DNA of 64,000 bases. Origin: Candidatus Caldarchaeales archaeon (lineage in GTDB: Archaea; Thermoproteota; Nitrososphaeria_A; Caldarchaeales; Wolframiiraptoraceae). The notes below the pieces were generated by a model, which was given only the letters and a program-made list of their open reading frames with translations, had not been told where the DNA came from and searched no databases. The stretch covers positions 32,001 through 96,000 of the forward strand of contig JBCNVN010000001.1 in the NCBI GenBank assembly GCA_039630055.1, read 5' to 3'. This document shows positions 39,900 to 50,271 of this stretch, piece after piece (within the stretch, counting starts at the first letter, position 1; every line of letters begins with the position of its first letter). The position numbers and the translations under genes are program-made.

Positions 39900-40667
39900 C
39901 TACAATTCTTCAAGAGCGACCTTGTCCAGACGCTCAGATAGTGGTTCTTTAATGACTATCCCCTCTCCAGGCTCTATCTCAAATATGTATACAGATGAAT
40001 CAGTTATAGACCAACGCATCTTTCTCACATAGATCGTCTTCAGAAGCTTACCTTTAAAACGTGAGACTCCGAGAACGATCACCCCAGAAGAAAGAAACTC
40101 TTCAAAACCAAATCTACTAAGCTTTTTCGAGGCCGATGGTATATCACATGTTAGAAGAGTTGTAGCCCTCATCCTCTCCTCGAGCATGTTTATAACCTCT
40201 CGAAGATATTCTCTCACAATGAATTCTTCTCCCGCACCTAGAGCTAATGCAGATATTGGATCTAGGACTATTCTACTTATAGGCCGGCCACGTGCCACCT
40301 TCTCTATGGCCTCAACGAATGCTCTACTCTCTTTTCCAAACCTCTTTAGGTCAGAGGTAAATAATCTAAACTCGAAAGGATAGAATGTTCCCTGATGGAT
40401 ATACTCCCAGAAGTTCCATCCGAGTGATAATGCACCATTAAGAACCCCATCTATTCTTTCATCTAGCGATACATATATTCCATTCTCATTCCTCTTTAAA
40501 CCCTCCAAGAGAAATTGTAAGCTTAGGATAGTCTTTCCTACCCCTGTCTCGCCTGTTACAAGGTAGGTCCTACCCTTTAGCAGCCCGCCTCCAAGCATCT
40601 GGTCAAGCTTAGGTATGCCGGTAGATACTCTATCATATACTTCTGCCAACTCTTTTCGAATATTCAT
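39900..40667 (-). CDS. KaiC-like/RecA-superfamily ATPase, single domain
   Basis: STGIPKLDQMLGGG, GETGVGKT, VRKMR. Confidence 0.85.
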   Translation of the reverse strand: MNIRKELAEVYDRVSTGIPKLDQMLGGGLLKGRTYLVTGETGVGKTILSLQFLLEGLKRNENGIYVSLDERIDGVLNGALSLGWNFWEYIHQGTFYPFEFRLFTSDLKRFGKESRAFVEAIEKVARGRPISRIVLDPISALALGAGEEFIVREYLREVINMLEERMRATTLLTCDIPSASKKLSRFGFEEFLSSGVIVLGVSRFKGKLLKTIYVRKMRWSITDSSVYIFEIEPGEGIVIKEPLSERLDKVALEEL

Positions 40668-40748
40668 AGTTAGCTCCTACAATATAAACGGTTGCTAATT
40701 ATAATGAGCGCTCTAGATATCTAGATGGAGGTTTACAAGTGTTTAGAG

Positions 40749-41543
40749 TTAGTCTGTTCTATAGCTATTGATAGTATTTATGAGCTTCCTCAGCCTGTCT
40801 ACATCTTCTTCTGCAAGTGTTCCAGTAACTATTATATCCACACCGGAATCTAGTATCGCGACAACCTGCTCAACAGTCCTTATACCTCCACCAACTATCA
40901 ATGGTATATCTATCGATGATTTTATAGTCTTCAAGATATTTGATGATATGGGATGAGACGCTCCTGAACCCGCCTCTAAATATACGAACCTAAACCCTAG
41001 GTACTGGGCTGCAAGAGCGTAAGCTACTACAACCTCTGGATGATTTTCAGGTATTGGTAAGACTCTTCCAATAGCGGATACAGCTGTATCTGCTCTAAAG
41101 ACGATGTAAGCTAGTGGGATGGTCTCGATGTTGTGCTTTTTGATGAATGGTGCAGCCTGCATCTGTGCTCCAACTATATAATACCAATCTAGAGAATTTA
41201 GTAGAGACATGTACCAGACTGCATCAGCATACTTTGATAATGCTTGAACATTGTTTGGGAATATTATAATAGGTATCTTGACATTCTTCTTTAGACTTAT
41301 AATAAATTCATCCATCTCACTCTGCGATGAAACTGTAGATCCTCCAACCATTATAGCTGCGCAGCCCTCAGATTCAACGATCTTTGCAATCTGAATTGCC
41401 CGATCTATAGATATATTCTCAGGATCTAATAAAGTCATATGTATAGGACCATTCTCCAGCTTACTTAGTAAGTAGCTTTCAGTTGATCTGATTTTTAATG
41501 ATCTTAAAAACTTGTCCAAACATCGCCCCCTCTTCATCAACAA
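40749..41543 (-). CDS. Geranylgeranylglyceryl phosphate synthase (start may be slightly downstream)
   Basis: LLDP, MVGGST, MSLLNS, YLEAGSGA, VGGGIR. Confidence 0.92.
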   Translation of the reverse strand: MLMKRGRCLDKFLRSLKIRSTESYLLSKLENGPIHMTLLDPENISIDRAIQIAKIVESEGCAAIMVGGSTVSSQSEMDEFIISLKKNVKIPIIIFPNNVQALSKYADAVWYMSLLNSLDWYYIVGAQMQAAPFIKKHNIETIPLAYIVFRADTAVSAIGRVLPIPENHPEVVVAYALAAQYLGFRFVYLEAGSGASHPISSNILKTIKSSIDIPLIVGGGIRTVEQVVAILDSGVDIIVTGTLAEEDVDRLRKLINTINSYRTD

Positions 41544-41569
41544 ATTATCAATCTCATATCTAACTATTT

Positions 41570-41932
41570 CTACATCGCATTACTTATTTCATCATTGCTC
41601 TTCTCAGTTACCCTACCCTCCTCAAAGGTTCCAATATCGCCGCTTAAAGTATCTAGTACTTTTTCATCTTCACTGCTCTCAGCAACTACTTCAACTTTCT
41701 TAGCTCCAGTAACGATATCATAGAATTCTGTATAGGCATCTACTTCAGAATATGATGGATGCCATCTGACCCTTACCCTGGTTTTACAGTTAGAGCATGC
41801 TACATCCGCATATTCTTCATCTTTCAGACGGTGAACGGTCACCGCCTCAACATTACATAATGGACATACAAATATCTTTGGAAGAGGTCTTACCGGCCTC
41901 TTCTTAATGATCTTTCTTCTTCTACGCCCCAC
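41570..41932 (-). CDS. elf1: Transcription elongation factor Elf1
   Basis: GRRRRK start, LPK.F.CP.C...C..C, VDAY..F.D, acidic tail. Confidence 0.85.
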   Translation of the reverse strand: MGRRRRKIIKKRPVRPLPKIFVCPLCNVEAVTVHRLKDEEYADVACSNCKTRVRVRWHPSYSEVDAYTEFYDIVTGAKKVEVVAESSEDEKVLDTLSGDIGTFEEGRVTEKSNDEISNAM

Positions 41933-42143
41933 CTCAACCACTGGTAGTCAATAGAAGACACTACAAGATAAATTTTGCAGACTTATGGTTCATCTAGAAT
42001 TATTCTATCATCTTGTTAAATAGTTGTGGATAGAAAGTTTCGAGAAAAAGAATTTTAAGATTATACGTAGATACTGGTCTATCATCTCAGAGTAAGAGAA
42101 AGTGAATATTATTAAAGAGTAATCTTAGGTATGATCGGGAGAT

Positions 42144-42803
42144 ATGAAGGGTGGTGTAGGATTAGTTACACTAGAAATGAAGTTTGCAAGCATGTTTAAA
42201 GAAGCTGCCTCCAATCTAGGATTAAAAGTGATCCATGTCCTCGAAATAGATGAACTTCCACTCTCTATAAGAATAGTAGTTACAACAGAAAAGAATATCA
42301 CAAAGAATAGTGGTGATAGGACTATAATCTATGCTGGAGACTATGGAAGTATCGAAGAGATCTTGGAGAAAGTGTTGGAGACGCTGCTTGGAATAGAAGC
42401 TTATAGAAATGTCCTGGTAGCTATAGATCCTGGAAAGACTATTGGGGTCGCTTATCTGGTAAATGATAAGATAATAAAAACTTCTAGATATGTTTATGAG
42501 GAGAAGATGATGGAGGATCTAAAGAACTTCTTAGAGAGACATAAAACAGCAGGTGAAAAGACTATAGTAATCGGTTCTACTACAGATGTAGAATCGTCCT
42601 TGAAGCTTGTAGAGAGTATTAGAAAGAATCTTGAAAGATTCAATGATTTAAGAATTGAGATTATAGATGAATCGAGAACTAGGAAGGGGTTAGTCCCTAA
42701 AGAGAAGAGTGTGAGCAGAGATGAATACTCCGCTATACTCTTATCTCTGAGAAATAGGTTGAAGGTGAAGAGGGCGGGGTCTAATGTCTATCCATACTCT
42801 TAA
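42144..42803 (+). CDS. Hypothetical protein with C-terminal YqgF/RuvC-like RNase H-fold domain
   Basis: VAIDPGKTIGVA...IVIG...IDESRT...D..SA pattern. Confidence 0.6.
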   Translation: MKGGVGLVTLEMKFASMFKEAASNLGLKVIHVLEIDELPLSIRIVVTTEKNITKNSGDRTIIYAGDYGSIEEILEKVLETLLGIEAYRNVLVAIDPGKTIGVAYLVNDKIIKTSRYVYEEKMMEDLKNFLERHKTAGEKTIVIGSTTDVESSLKLVESIRKNLERFNDLRIEIIDESRTRKGLVPKEKSVSRDEYSAILLSLRNRLKVKRAGSNVYPYS

Positions 42804-43986
42804 AGCGGGTAAGACGCTAATAGTTAATGGTCCTGCATCTATAAGACTCTTGGAGGGGAGAGCATCAATCTTAGCTTGCCCCCTCATCCATAAGAAGCAG
42901 ATAGTGATTAAGAGCTGGAGATCTAGACCGGTATACGCACATGAGGACTCAAAGATAGAGTATACTTTTGGAGAATCTGGCACTATAGAGGAGGTTGAGG
43001 GGAACACAATCCCAAGAGAGTGGACTGAGACCATCGAAGACCTCTTAGATGAAGAAAAGCTAACCTTGATGGTTATCGGATCTCCGGACTCGGGTAAAAC
43101 CTCTCTAGCAACCTTCTCAGCCAATATGATCCTGAATACGGGTAGGGAATGCATACTTCTAGACTTAGACATAGGTCAATCCAATATCTGTCCTCCAACC
43201 ACCGTTGGATACACATGTTTGAAGAACCCTGTTCCAGACATATCCCATCTTAGAGCTGAAAGTATTGAAGTAGCAGGATATTCCTCTCCATCATACGTGA
43301 TAGACAAACATATTGAATCTATCCGTAAACTTTACAGTATGATAAAGAGTAAGTACGCAGACCGGCCGATAGTAATAGATGTAGATGGATGGATAAGCGG
43401 TGAAGGTGCAGCTCAACATAAGAGAGAATTGATGAAGATTCTAAATGTCTCCCACCTGCTCATCATTGGCGAACTATCTCGAGAAATGGAAGATATCTGT
43501 AGTGAGAGCTCAATAGTGGTGAGAAGACTGCCCCCACCAACCTTCGTAAGAAAGAGAAGCCCTGAAGCACGGAAGAAGTTGAGAGAGATGATGTATGAAA
43601 AGTTCTTGAGAAAGTCTCTACTCAGGACAATCCCACTTTCCTGGATAGATGTAAGATATATATCAGGAGAAGGCGGAGTCCAGAAGATAACGTCGATCAT
43701 CAATAGACTTATTATGTTATTCTCTGAAGATAGGAAAATCATAATAGAGAATGGTCTAGATGAACTGGGTAAGGTGTATAAATCTGGGATACTTTCATAC
43801 GTATACGACTTGGATTATAGATTTTCTGGAATAGGATTGGTAACCGCATTCGATCCTAGAAGAAATCTGATAAAAGTATACACTCCTTTCCGTTCTCAGA
43901 TTAAAAAGATAGTTTTAACAAGTCTCATAGTCTCAGTAGATGGTTCCGAGCTCTATTCTACTCGCCCTCAATCTCTGGAGTCATGA
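42784..43986 (+). CDS. Clp1/Grc3-family polynucleotide 5'-hydroxyl kinase
   Basis: GSPDSGKTS, DLDIGQ..I.PP, ID.DGW, RS...RK..RE...Y. Confidence 0.88.
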   Translation: MSIHTLKAGKTLIVNGPASIRLLEGRASILACPLIHKKQIVIKSWRSRPVYAHEDSKIEYTFGESGTIEEVEGNTIPREWTETIEDLLDEEKLTLMVIGSPDSGKTSLATFSANMILNTGRECILLDLDIGQSNICPPTTVGYTCLKNPVPDISHLRAESIEVAGYSSPSYVIDKHIESIRKLYSMIKSKYADRPIVIDVDGWISGEGAAQHKRELMKILNVSHLLIIGELSREMEDICSESSIVVRRLPPPTFVRKRSPEARKKLREMMYEKFLRKSLLRTIPLSWIDVRYISGEGGVQKITSIINRLIMLFSEDRKIIIENGLDELGKVYKSGILSYVYDLDYRFSGIGLVTAFDPRRNLIKVYTPFRSQIKKIVLTSLIVSVDGSELYSTRPQSLES

Positions 43987-44539
43987 TAATCAACTTGTAT
44001 GCTATGCCTTTGACGATGAGAGTCTGAGCATTGGACTTGGGTAAGACAGCTATATCTCCCATTTTGAAGGGTCCATAAGTTCTCAAGTCTTCTCCAACTA
44101 TCTGGGGAAAATCCTGCTGGAAACAAACAACATCATAGTTCGACTCAATTATCTTCCACCTGTTGTATGCGGCGGCCATCATGATCGATTCTACATGTTT
44201 TTTATGGTCATTTAAGATTCTATGTAGAGATATATACGTGTTTTTCTCAAATCCGTACATGTTCTCAGGATAGGTTCCAGATTCAAGAGCTCTAAGGATC
44301 TTCCCTAATCTAATCTCAAATAAAGATTGGATTATCTTAGCGATAGAATCTATCTCAGCCTCTTTCAAGCTAGTGGATAGCATCTTCTTATCGGCAACTC
44401 TAAGATAACCTCTAGTTTTAGAGAAATATTCTCTAAGCTTATCTTCGAATCCTTCCGGCAACTTGGCCAACTCTCTTGTAGAATTCTCTATCTTCCAATA
44501 CTCGTAGACGAGTTCATATAAAGATACCTCACTCGACAT
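43958..44539 (-). CDS. GINS complex subunit Gins15
   Basis: E....L..LP..F, R..KI, C-terminal P..VG.D...YGPF..GD...LP..NA..L; follows priS. Confidence 0.82.
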   Translation of the reverse strand: MSSEVSLYELVYEYWKIENSTRELAKLPEGFEDKLREYFSKTRGYLRVADKKMLSTSLKEAEIDSIAKIIQSLFEIRLGKILRALESGTYPENMYGFEKNTYISLHRILNDHKKHVESIMMAAAYNRWKIIESNYDVVCFQQDFPQIVGEDLRTYGPFKMGDIAVLPKSNAQTLIVKGIAYKLIIMTPEIEGE

Positions 44540-44588
44540 CTACAATAAGCTATGTAGAAGGCAGATAATAAAATTGATGTAAAAAGAT

Positions 44589-45839
44589 CTAGGAAGAATA
44601 GTCCGAAGATCTTGAAATTGTCGCGGCACTCTTCGCCACTAGCAGTACGGCCGCTGGGAGGGGAAGAACCACTCTCGAGTTCTCGTATGGTCCAAATTCT
44701 CTACCATCTAAAGTAAACTTAGGAGCTTTTAAAACTAGTACTTCAACTTCTTCATCTCCATGAAATGGTACAGCATGAGAGAATGGGTCGAAGTTGTCAA
44801 GATCTTCTAAGTTGATCGTTTTTGCAAGTAGACCCGATTTACCATTAAGAGTATTCCCAAGTCTAATCAGTCTATGGATATCAGATGTAACTACAACGTC
44901 TATTTTTGCCGAGGCATGTGCGACAGCCGCCTTTCCCAAGATCTTAGCAAGACCACTTGGTAGAATATTCCATGAAGGAATCTCTCCCTCTTCTGAATAC
45001 TTTTTCAACAGTTCAGAATGCTTTCTAACTAGCCGAGGCTCACCCGATAGCTCACATAATTCTTCCAAATCAGCTCTCAATGCTAGAAAAATTGCTGATC
45101 TTGCTATTCTCTTCCTCCAACCTTTCTCTGTAACCTCAGGTCCACTTTCTCTCACCATCCTATCTCTTCTAAGATCTTCAACGAGATTAATCGAACTAAG
45201 AGATATTCCAGTTCCAGTTATGTAGTCTACTATCTCTTTCCTCTCCTGTTGGTCTAACTCGATTACATTTTCATCCATAACAATAGCATGGTAGCCTCTA
45301 TTTCCCGAGAAAGACAGTCTAATCTTCTTGAATCCTAGGTCTTCCTCCAGGAAGTTCAAGAGCTTCTCCACTTCTAGTTTAGCTTCTTCTAGACAGATGT
45401 TGCAGATCCACTCTACATCTATTAGTGGCCCATGGCATACATTGCATTCACCCATATTCTTGGGATAGGCTAAGAAGCATCTTGAACATACCTTGAAGTC
45501 ATGGGTTTTTCCACATGACGTCCTGAGATGATCTGCATCGATATCGAATATTAGCTCTGCACCTATCCACCCCTTCTCCTCCATAGGTGCACTAGGATAC
45601 TTATAGAAAGCGGCTGAATGATATATATGTAAAGGAACATTCTTTTTTAAGAATTCTCTAAGGTTTTTCGCAGACTCTACATGGATATGCCTTATCATCG
45701 TCTTTTCTTCGAAGGAGAAGTAGCCAAATTCTCTCTCATTAATCCTTTCTGGAATGAAGACGTCTTCAACATTCTCACGGTAATATCTTCTAAACACTGA
45801 TTCTACGAATCTTGAATCAGCTGAAGTAAGAAAGACCAT
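44589..45839 (-). CDS. priS: DNA primase small subunit
   Basis: REFG, ELIFDIDAD, FSGNRGYH, IDVVVT.DIHRLIR...L.GK.G. Confidence 0.95.
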   Translation of the reverse strand: MVFLTSADSRFVESVFRRYYRENVEDVFIPERINEREFGYFSFEEKTMIRHIHVESAKNLREFLKKNVPLHIYHSAAFYKYPSAPMEEKGWIGAELIFDIDADHLRTSCGKTHDFKVCSRCFLAYPKNMGECNVCHGPLIDVEWICNICLEEAKLEVEKLLNFLEEDLGFKKIRLSFSGNRGYHAIVMDENVIELDQQERKEIVDYITGTGISLSSINLVEDLRRDRMVRESGPEVTEKGWRKRIARSAIFLALRADLEELCELSGEPRLVRKHSELLKKYSEEGEIPSWNILPSGLAKILGKAAVAHASAKIDVVVTSDIHRLIRLGNTLNGKSGLLAKTINLEDLDNFDPFSHAVPFHGDEEVEVLVLKAPKFTLDGREFGPYENSRVVLPLPAAVLLVAKSAATISRSSDYSS

Positions 45840-46340
45840 CTCTACACTATGAAGATATCGATATCAAGTAAAACTTATTCTTTTGTAAGTTCCTTATACA
45901 TGATATACCCTATTATTAGGAGAAGGGTAAGTAGGGATAGCCAGAATAGAGAGTTATAAAGTAAATCTATGAAGCTTTCCACCGTCATCTATACTTCAAG
46001 CCTCAACACTTAAATGAACAGGTTTATTTTTAAGTTTATTCTCTTGAGCTCTTTGAAGATGGTGTTTGGCCAGACTCCGAATACGATATAGTTATTGAAG
46101 ATGCTGCTGAGGCAATGTTTTTCTAATTAAGATTTCAAATCCTATTATGGGCGGTAGAAGATATATTCACTCTCTAGAAATGCTCTGAGCCCTTCTATAT
46201 CGATACATCCGATCTTGTCACTTATTTATAATCTTACCACATTTCCAACCAACTAGCCAAATAGATTGAATTCTGCTATAAAGTGACCTGATCTACCAGT
46301 AGAAAGAATTTTATGAAGGTCTGATAAGAATAATCTTGAG

Positions 46341-47792
46341 ATGCCTATACCTATCGGTATTATAGGTAGTGGTGCAACTGAATCTAATGCAGTAGTCATA
46401 CTTTATGAAGAGATGGAGAAGAAGGTTGAGAATGAGAGCCTAGTCATAATAAAGAACAAGAATGGTGGAAGGGTTTTAGCGGTTTGTAGAGGTGGTAAGG
46501 GGATGAATGATAGTTTAAGGGCAGGAGCATTTACTCCAGGATTAGCATATGCAAAAAGTAGGAGGGTACCTAGCAGCGTGAAAGAATACTTTTTATTCAA
46601 CCTTCAAGTCATCGGAGAGATCACCGATGAAGGAACAATCTCTCAGAACAGGATGATAATTGCTCCAACATCTCAAGTTGAGATGTTTGATGAAGATGAT
46701 AACCCTATGCGATATCTTGGAAAGAGCGAGTTGACGATAGGACATTATTGGGGGAAGCCCGGCTGGAAAGTTCCCGCCCTAAAGGAATACGTAAACTATC
46801 ATATAGGGGTCTTCGGCGTAACAGGCTCAGGCAAAAGCTATCTAACAAGATATGAGATAATACCGCTACTTAGAAGAGCTGGATATGATGTAATAATAAT
46901 GGATTGGAAGGGTAGCGATTACTCACCATACTTTGAGTCAACCATAACCCTTGACAAGATAAAAATAGACAATCAGACTGTCGTAAAATATTTCGGATCT
47001 ATAACGAGAAATTTTGGATACTATGAGAGAGAAGAGAACCCTGTAGCCGCTGCGGTCGAGACAGCTTTAAGACAAGTAGATTGGAGAGGGAAGGATCCGT
47101 ATACGAGTCGAAACCAAGTATATCAGAGAGCTAGAGCGATACTTATGTCGACTCCCGGTGTGAGAGAAGATACTAGAAACTTACAGTTAAACAGGCTTGA
47201 TGCATCGTTTGAGCAGATAACAGAAGAAGAGTTTGAGAGATTTCTAGGGATTGTTGAGCCTTGGGAGATAGTTGGTATGGTGAGAGAGAAGGGTATAATA
47301 GTAATAGATATGAGTAGAGGGATGAAAGAACAGAAGCTTGCAGTTTTTACAGCTGTATCAAAACATTTGAAGAAGCTTATGGAGAGAAAACAAGTACTGA
47401 ATATTGCTTTAGTGATAGATGAGGGTCCTCAATATGCTCCATGGCAGCCTAGAGGCATGGAGAGAGATACAACCGACATCATCATAGATTTATGCGCACT
47501 TGGAAGAAGCTATGGACTATCTATAGTTATACTATCTCAAGGAATGGCTGGAGAGATAGGTTTAAACTCTGCAGTAAGAAGGAATCTGAATACACAGTTC
47601 ATAGGAAGGATACATCCATTGGATATTGAAGAAGCACAGAAGCTTGCAGCCTCATATTACATCTCACCTGAAACCCTTTTAACATTACCTGAAGGACACT
47701 TCTACTTCTTAGGAAGGATGAATCCATCTCCAATACCAATACTGATCAGCTTCCAGATAAGTTCCAAAGAAAAGAATCCAGCTGAAATATGA
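46341..47792 (+). CDS. herA: HerA/FtsK-family ATPase (HAS-barrel-like N-terminus)
   Basis: HIGVFGVTGSGKS, DWKG.DY, LVIDE, GRSYG, SQ; adjacent to nurA. Confidence 0.78.
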   Translation: MPIPIGIIGSGATESNAVVILYEEMEKKVENESLVIIKNKNGGRVLAVCRGGKGMNDSLRAGAFTPGLAYAKSRRVPSSVKEYFLFNLQVIGEITDEGTISQNRMIIAPTSQVEMFDEDDNPMRYLGKSELTIGHYWGKPGWKVPALKEYVNYHIGVFGVTGSGKSYLTRYEIIPLLRRAGYDVIIMDWKGSDYSPYFESTITLDKIKIDNQTVVKYFGSITRNFGYYEREENPVAAAVETALRQVDWRGKDPYTSRNQVYQRARAILMSTPGVREDTRNLQLNRLDASFEQITEEEFERFLGIVEPWEIVGMVREKGIIVIDMSRGMKEQKLAVFTAVSKHLKKLMERKQVLNIALVIDEGPQYAPWQPRGMERDTTDIIIDLCALGRSYGLSIVILSQGMAGEIGLNSAVRRNLNTQFIGRIHPLDIEEAQKLAASYYISPETLLTLPEGHFYFLGRMNPSPIPILISFQISSKEKNPAEI

Positions 47793-47800
47793 ATCATCAT

Positions 47801-47828
47801 CCTAATCTATAAAATTTTATAGATTAGG
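47801..47828. repeat. Perfect 28-bp palindrome CCTAATCTATAAAATTTTATAGATTAGG
   Basis: Two exact 14-bp inverted arms with no spacer, 8 nt after the herA stop. Confidence 0.95.
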
Positions 47829-47969
47829 TATCTTGGTCGAATATGGAGAGATTTGAATAAGATATATGAAACATTTATTGATAAGAAGATATTTTCAAGA
47901 TGGAAAGCGTGAATCTGATTTTGATTGACATGCATACTTAAATGAGGGCATATCCACGATATCTTCGGG

Positions 47970-49262
47970 TTGGTAGAGATATTCGAGGAGGAGAAACGTT
48001 CATCACTTAGCAGGCTTCCACCTAAACTTCAAGAAGACTTCTTCGAGTATGCCGCAGAAGCAGCTAATAAGACTATCAGAGAGGTTATCTTAGAGAGAGA
48101 TAGAATACTTAAGATTAAGAGCATGTTTAAGTTTAGAGATATCGCCGAGATCTTGGGGAAAGACCTTAGGGTAGCAGCTGTAGACGGCTCATCATCACCC
48201 GCATTTAGTGACAGGCTAGGCTATAGGATAGGAGTGTACGCTGCATGTTACATGGTTTTCGATGGTGGAGAGATAATCTCGGATAAAGATGGTGAGAACA
48301 TGGAGTGTGGATACATAATGGTCAACCAGGTGGGCAGCATCTTACAGACTAAGAAGATCTTATCACTTTTAATGACGGCCAAGGAGAGGGAGATGGCATT
48401 GAGATGTCTGGAAAAGTATAATGTAGATCTACTGCTAGTAGATGGATCTTTCTATGGTTTTAGAACGAGATGTAGTGAGGTTAAGAAGATTAGTCTTACG
48501 GATATGGGGTTGAAAGGCTACAGGACAGGATGGGACCTGATAAGACATGTATTAGAGCTTACAAGAGAACTCATCAAGACCGGTAAGGCTGTCGGGGTAA
48601 TAAAGAGGCTGAGAACTTGTGCTATAGATGGATGGCTATTATCTAGAAGATGGAGGTTGGAGGATATGTTAAATAGGAATGATAGGTCTGTTCTATGCAC
48701 GCTTCTACCTTATAGGAAATACTTTGACTATAGAGACTTAATAGGAGATAAATGGAGTTATCTACATTATAATAGTCTAGTTACATGGTATAGTGAAATG
48801 ATAAGTAGAAGAAAGATAAAAGTAGACAGTGGTTTAAAAGATAATCTCTCAGAGGCAATGGAGTATGTTGAAAAGAAGCTGAAGACACAGATTAGGACAG
48901 ACCTATCTCCACCCGATCTAGATAGTAATACATCCGATAGGCTCGGTAAAGAACTGCTTGAAGAGATAACTAGTCGACCTAGACTATATGCTAGGTTATC
49001 TCAGTATGCTGCACCCATCTGTCTAGAATTAGGGGAAGGATTAGATGTTGATACTGTTTTAGCCTATGCTCTTACCTCTGCTAACAAGGTGACTGGAATA
49101 CCCTTCCCTATAGATCTAGTCGATGAAATGATATCTATCGAGAAGGATACAGCGAGAGAGTTTGCAGAAGAGATTGAAGCAAGATTACTGCTAGATCCAA
49201 GAATATCTTCAGAAGAAGTTGAAGCTAGACTGGAGCCTTTGAACCCTCAGAAGGAAGGTTAG
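47970..49262 (+). CDS. nurA: NurA-family nuclease
   Basis: VAAVDGS, E, LLLVDGS, GVIKR, G.PFP...VD. Confidence 0.82.
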   Translation: MVEIFEEEKRSSLSRLPPKLQEDFFEYAAEAANKTIREVILERDRILKIKSMFKFRDIAEILGKDLRVAAVDGSSSPAFSDRLGYRIGVYAACYMVFDGGEIISDKDGENMECGYIMVNQVGSILQTKKILSLLMTAKEREMALRCLEKYNVDLLLVDGSFYGFRTRCSEVKKISLTDMGLKGYRTGWDLIRHVLELTRELIKTGKAVGVIKRLRTCAIDGWLLSRRWRLEDMLNRNDRSVLCTLLPYRKYFDYRDLIGDKWSYLHYNSLVTWYSEMISRRKIKVDSGLKDNLSEAMEYVEKKLKTQIRTDLSPPDLDSNTSDRLGKELLEEITSRPRLYARLSQYAAPICLELGEGLDVDTVLAYALTSANKVTGIPFPIDLVDEMISIEKDTAREFAEEIEARLLLDPRISSEEVEARLEPLNPQKEG

Positions 49263-49417
49263 ATTACTCCAATAGAATTCCATATTTTGAAACTAGTTAG
49301 ATCTCCTCTAAGAGGGATTAGAATCATCATAAAGAGTAGTATGAATGTTTTACCACACATCCATCGAGACGTAAAAAGATATATCATGCTACTAGCTATC
49401 TTCTAGCTAGAGTTAAT

Positions 49418-50257
49418 ATGCTATTAGGAGCACACGTCTCCATATCTGGAACGATCGATAAGGCTGTAGAAAGAGCCCACGAGTTAAAATGTACTACATT
49501 CCAGATATTTACTAGAAATCCTAGAGGATGGAAAGCGAAGAAGTTACAAGATGAAGAGATTGAAGAATTTAAGAGAAAGATGAAAGAATATAACTACTCT
49601 ATGGCGGTCTCACATATGCCATATCTTCCAAACATCTCATCACCTCTCCAACAGACATACAAGAAATCTCTATCTTCTCTCATAGAAGAATTGGAGAGAA
49701 CAGGTGAACTTGGGCTCAAGTATCTGGTCGTTCATATCGGCAGCCATCTGGGGAAAGGTCTCGATTCAGGTATTAGGAAGGCGGCTGAATCCGTCAATAT
49801 AGCTCTGGGTAAAGTAGATAATGATGTGATGGTACTATTAGAGAATATGGCTGGACAGAAGAATAGTGTAGGATCCAGATTTGAAGATATAAAGAGAATA
49901 CTCAACTTGATAGAATATCCAGACAGGGTTGGAGTATGCATCGATACATGTCACGCATATGCTGCTGGATACGATTTAAGGACTAGAGAAGCTATAGAGA
50001 ATACTCTGAGAGATTTCGATGAGATAATAGGTTTAGAACTATTGAAGGTATTGCATATAAATGATTCTAAAGGAGATCTTGGAAGCCATCTAGATAGACA
50101 TGAACATATAGGTTTGGGAAAGATTGGAGAACAAGGTTTTAGAGAACTCTTCCACAACAAGCATATTAGAGAACTTCCACTGATCCTTGAGACACCCGTA
50201 GACTCTAGAGGAAATTTTGCATCAAACCTTGCTAAATGTAGAGAACTCTATCTATAA
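49418..50257 (+). CDS. nfo: Endonuclease IV (AP endonuclease)
   Basis: LGAHVSI, QIFTRNPR.W, H.PYL.N, LENMAG, DTCH, H.NDSK, DRHEHIG.G, ILETP. Confidence 0.95.
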   Translation: MLLGAHVSISGTIDKAVERAHELKCTTFQIFTRNPRGWKAKKLQDEEIEEFKRKMKEYNYSMAVSHMPYLPNISSPLQQTYKKSLSSLIEELERTGELGLKYLVVHIGSHLGKGLDSGIRKAAESVNIALGKVDNDVMVLLENMAGQKNSVGSRFEDIKRILNLIEYPDRVGVCIDTCHAYAAGYDLRTREAIENTLRDFDEIIGLELLKVLHINDSKGDLGSHLDRHEHIGLGKIGEQGFRELFHNKHIRELPLILETPVDSRGNFASNLAKCRELYL

Positions 50258-50271
50258 TCGATGTGTAAGAG

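Noticed and set aside
46131-46155. TTCAAATCC resembling a tRNA T-loop or att remnant upstream of herA
   Set aside because: No T-stem or acceptor-stem pairing and no second copy or integrase in the window.
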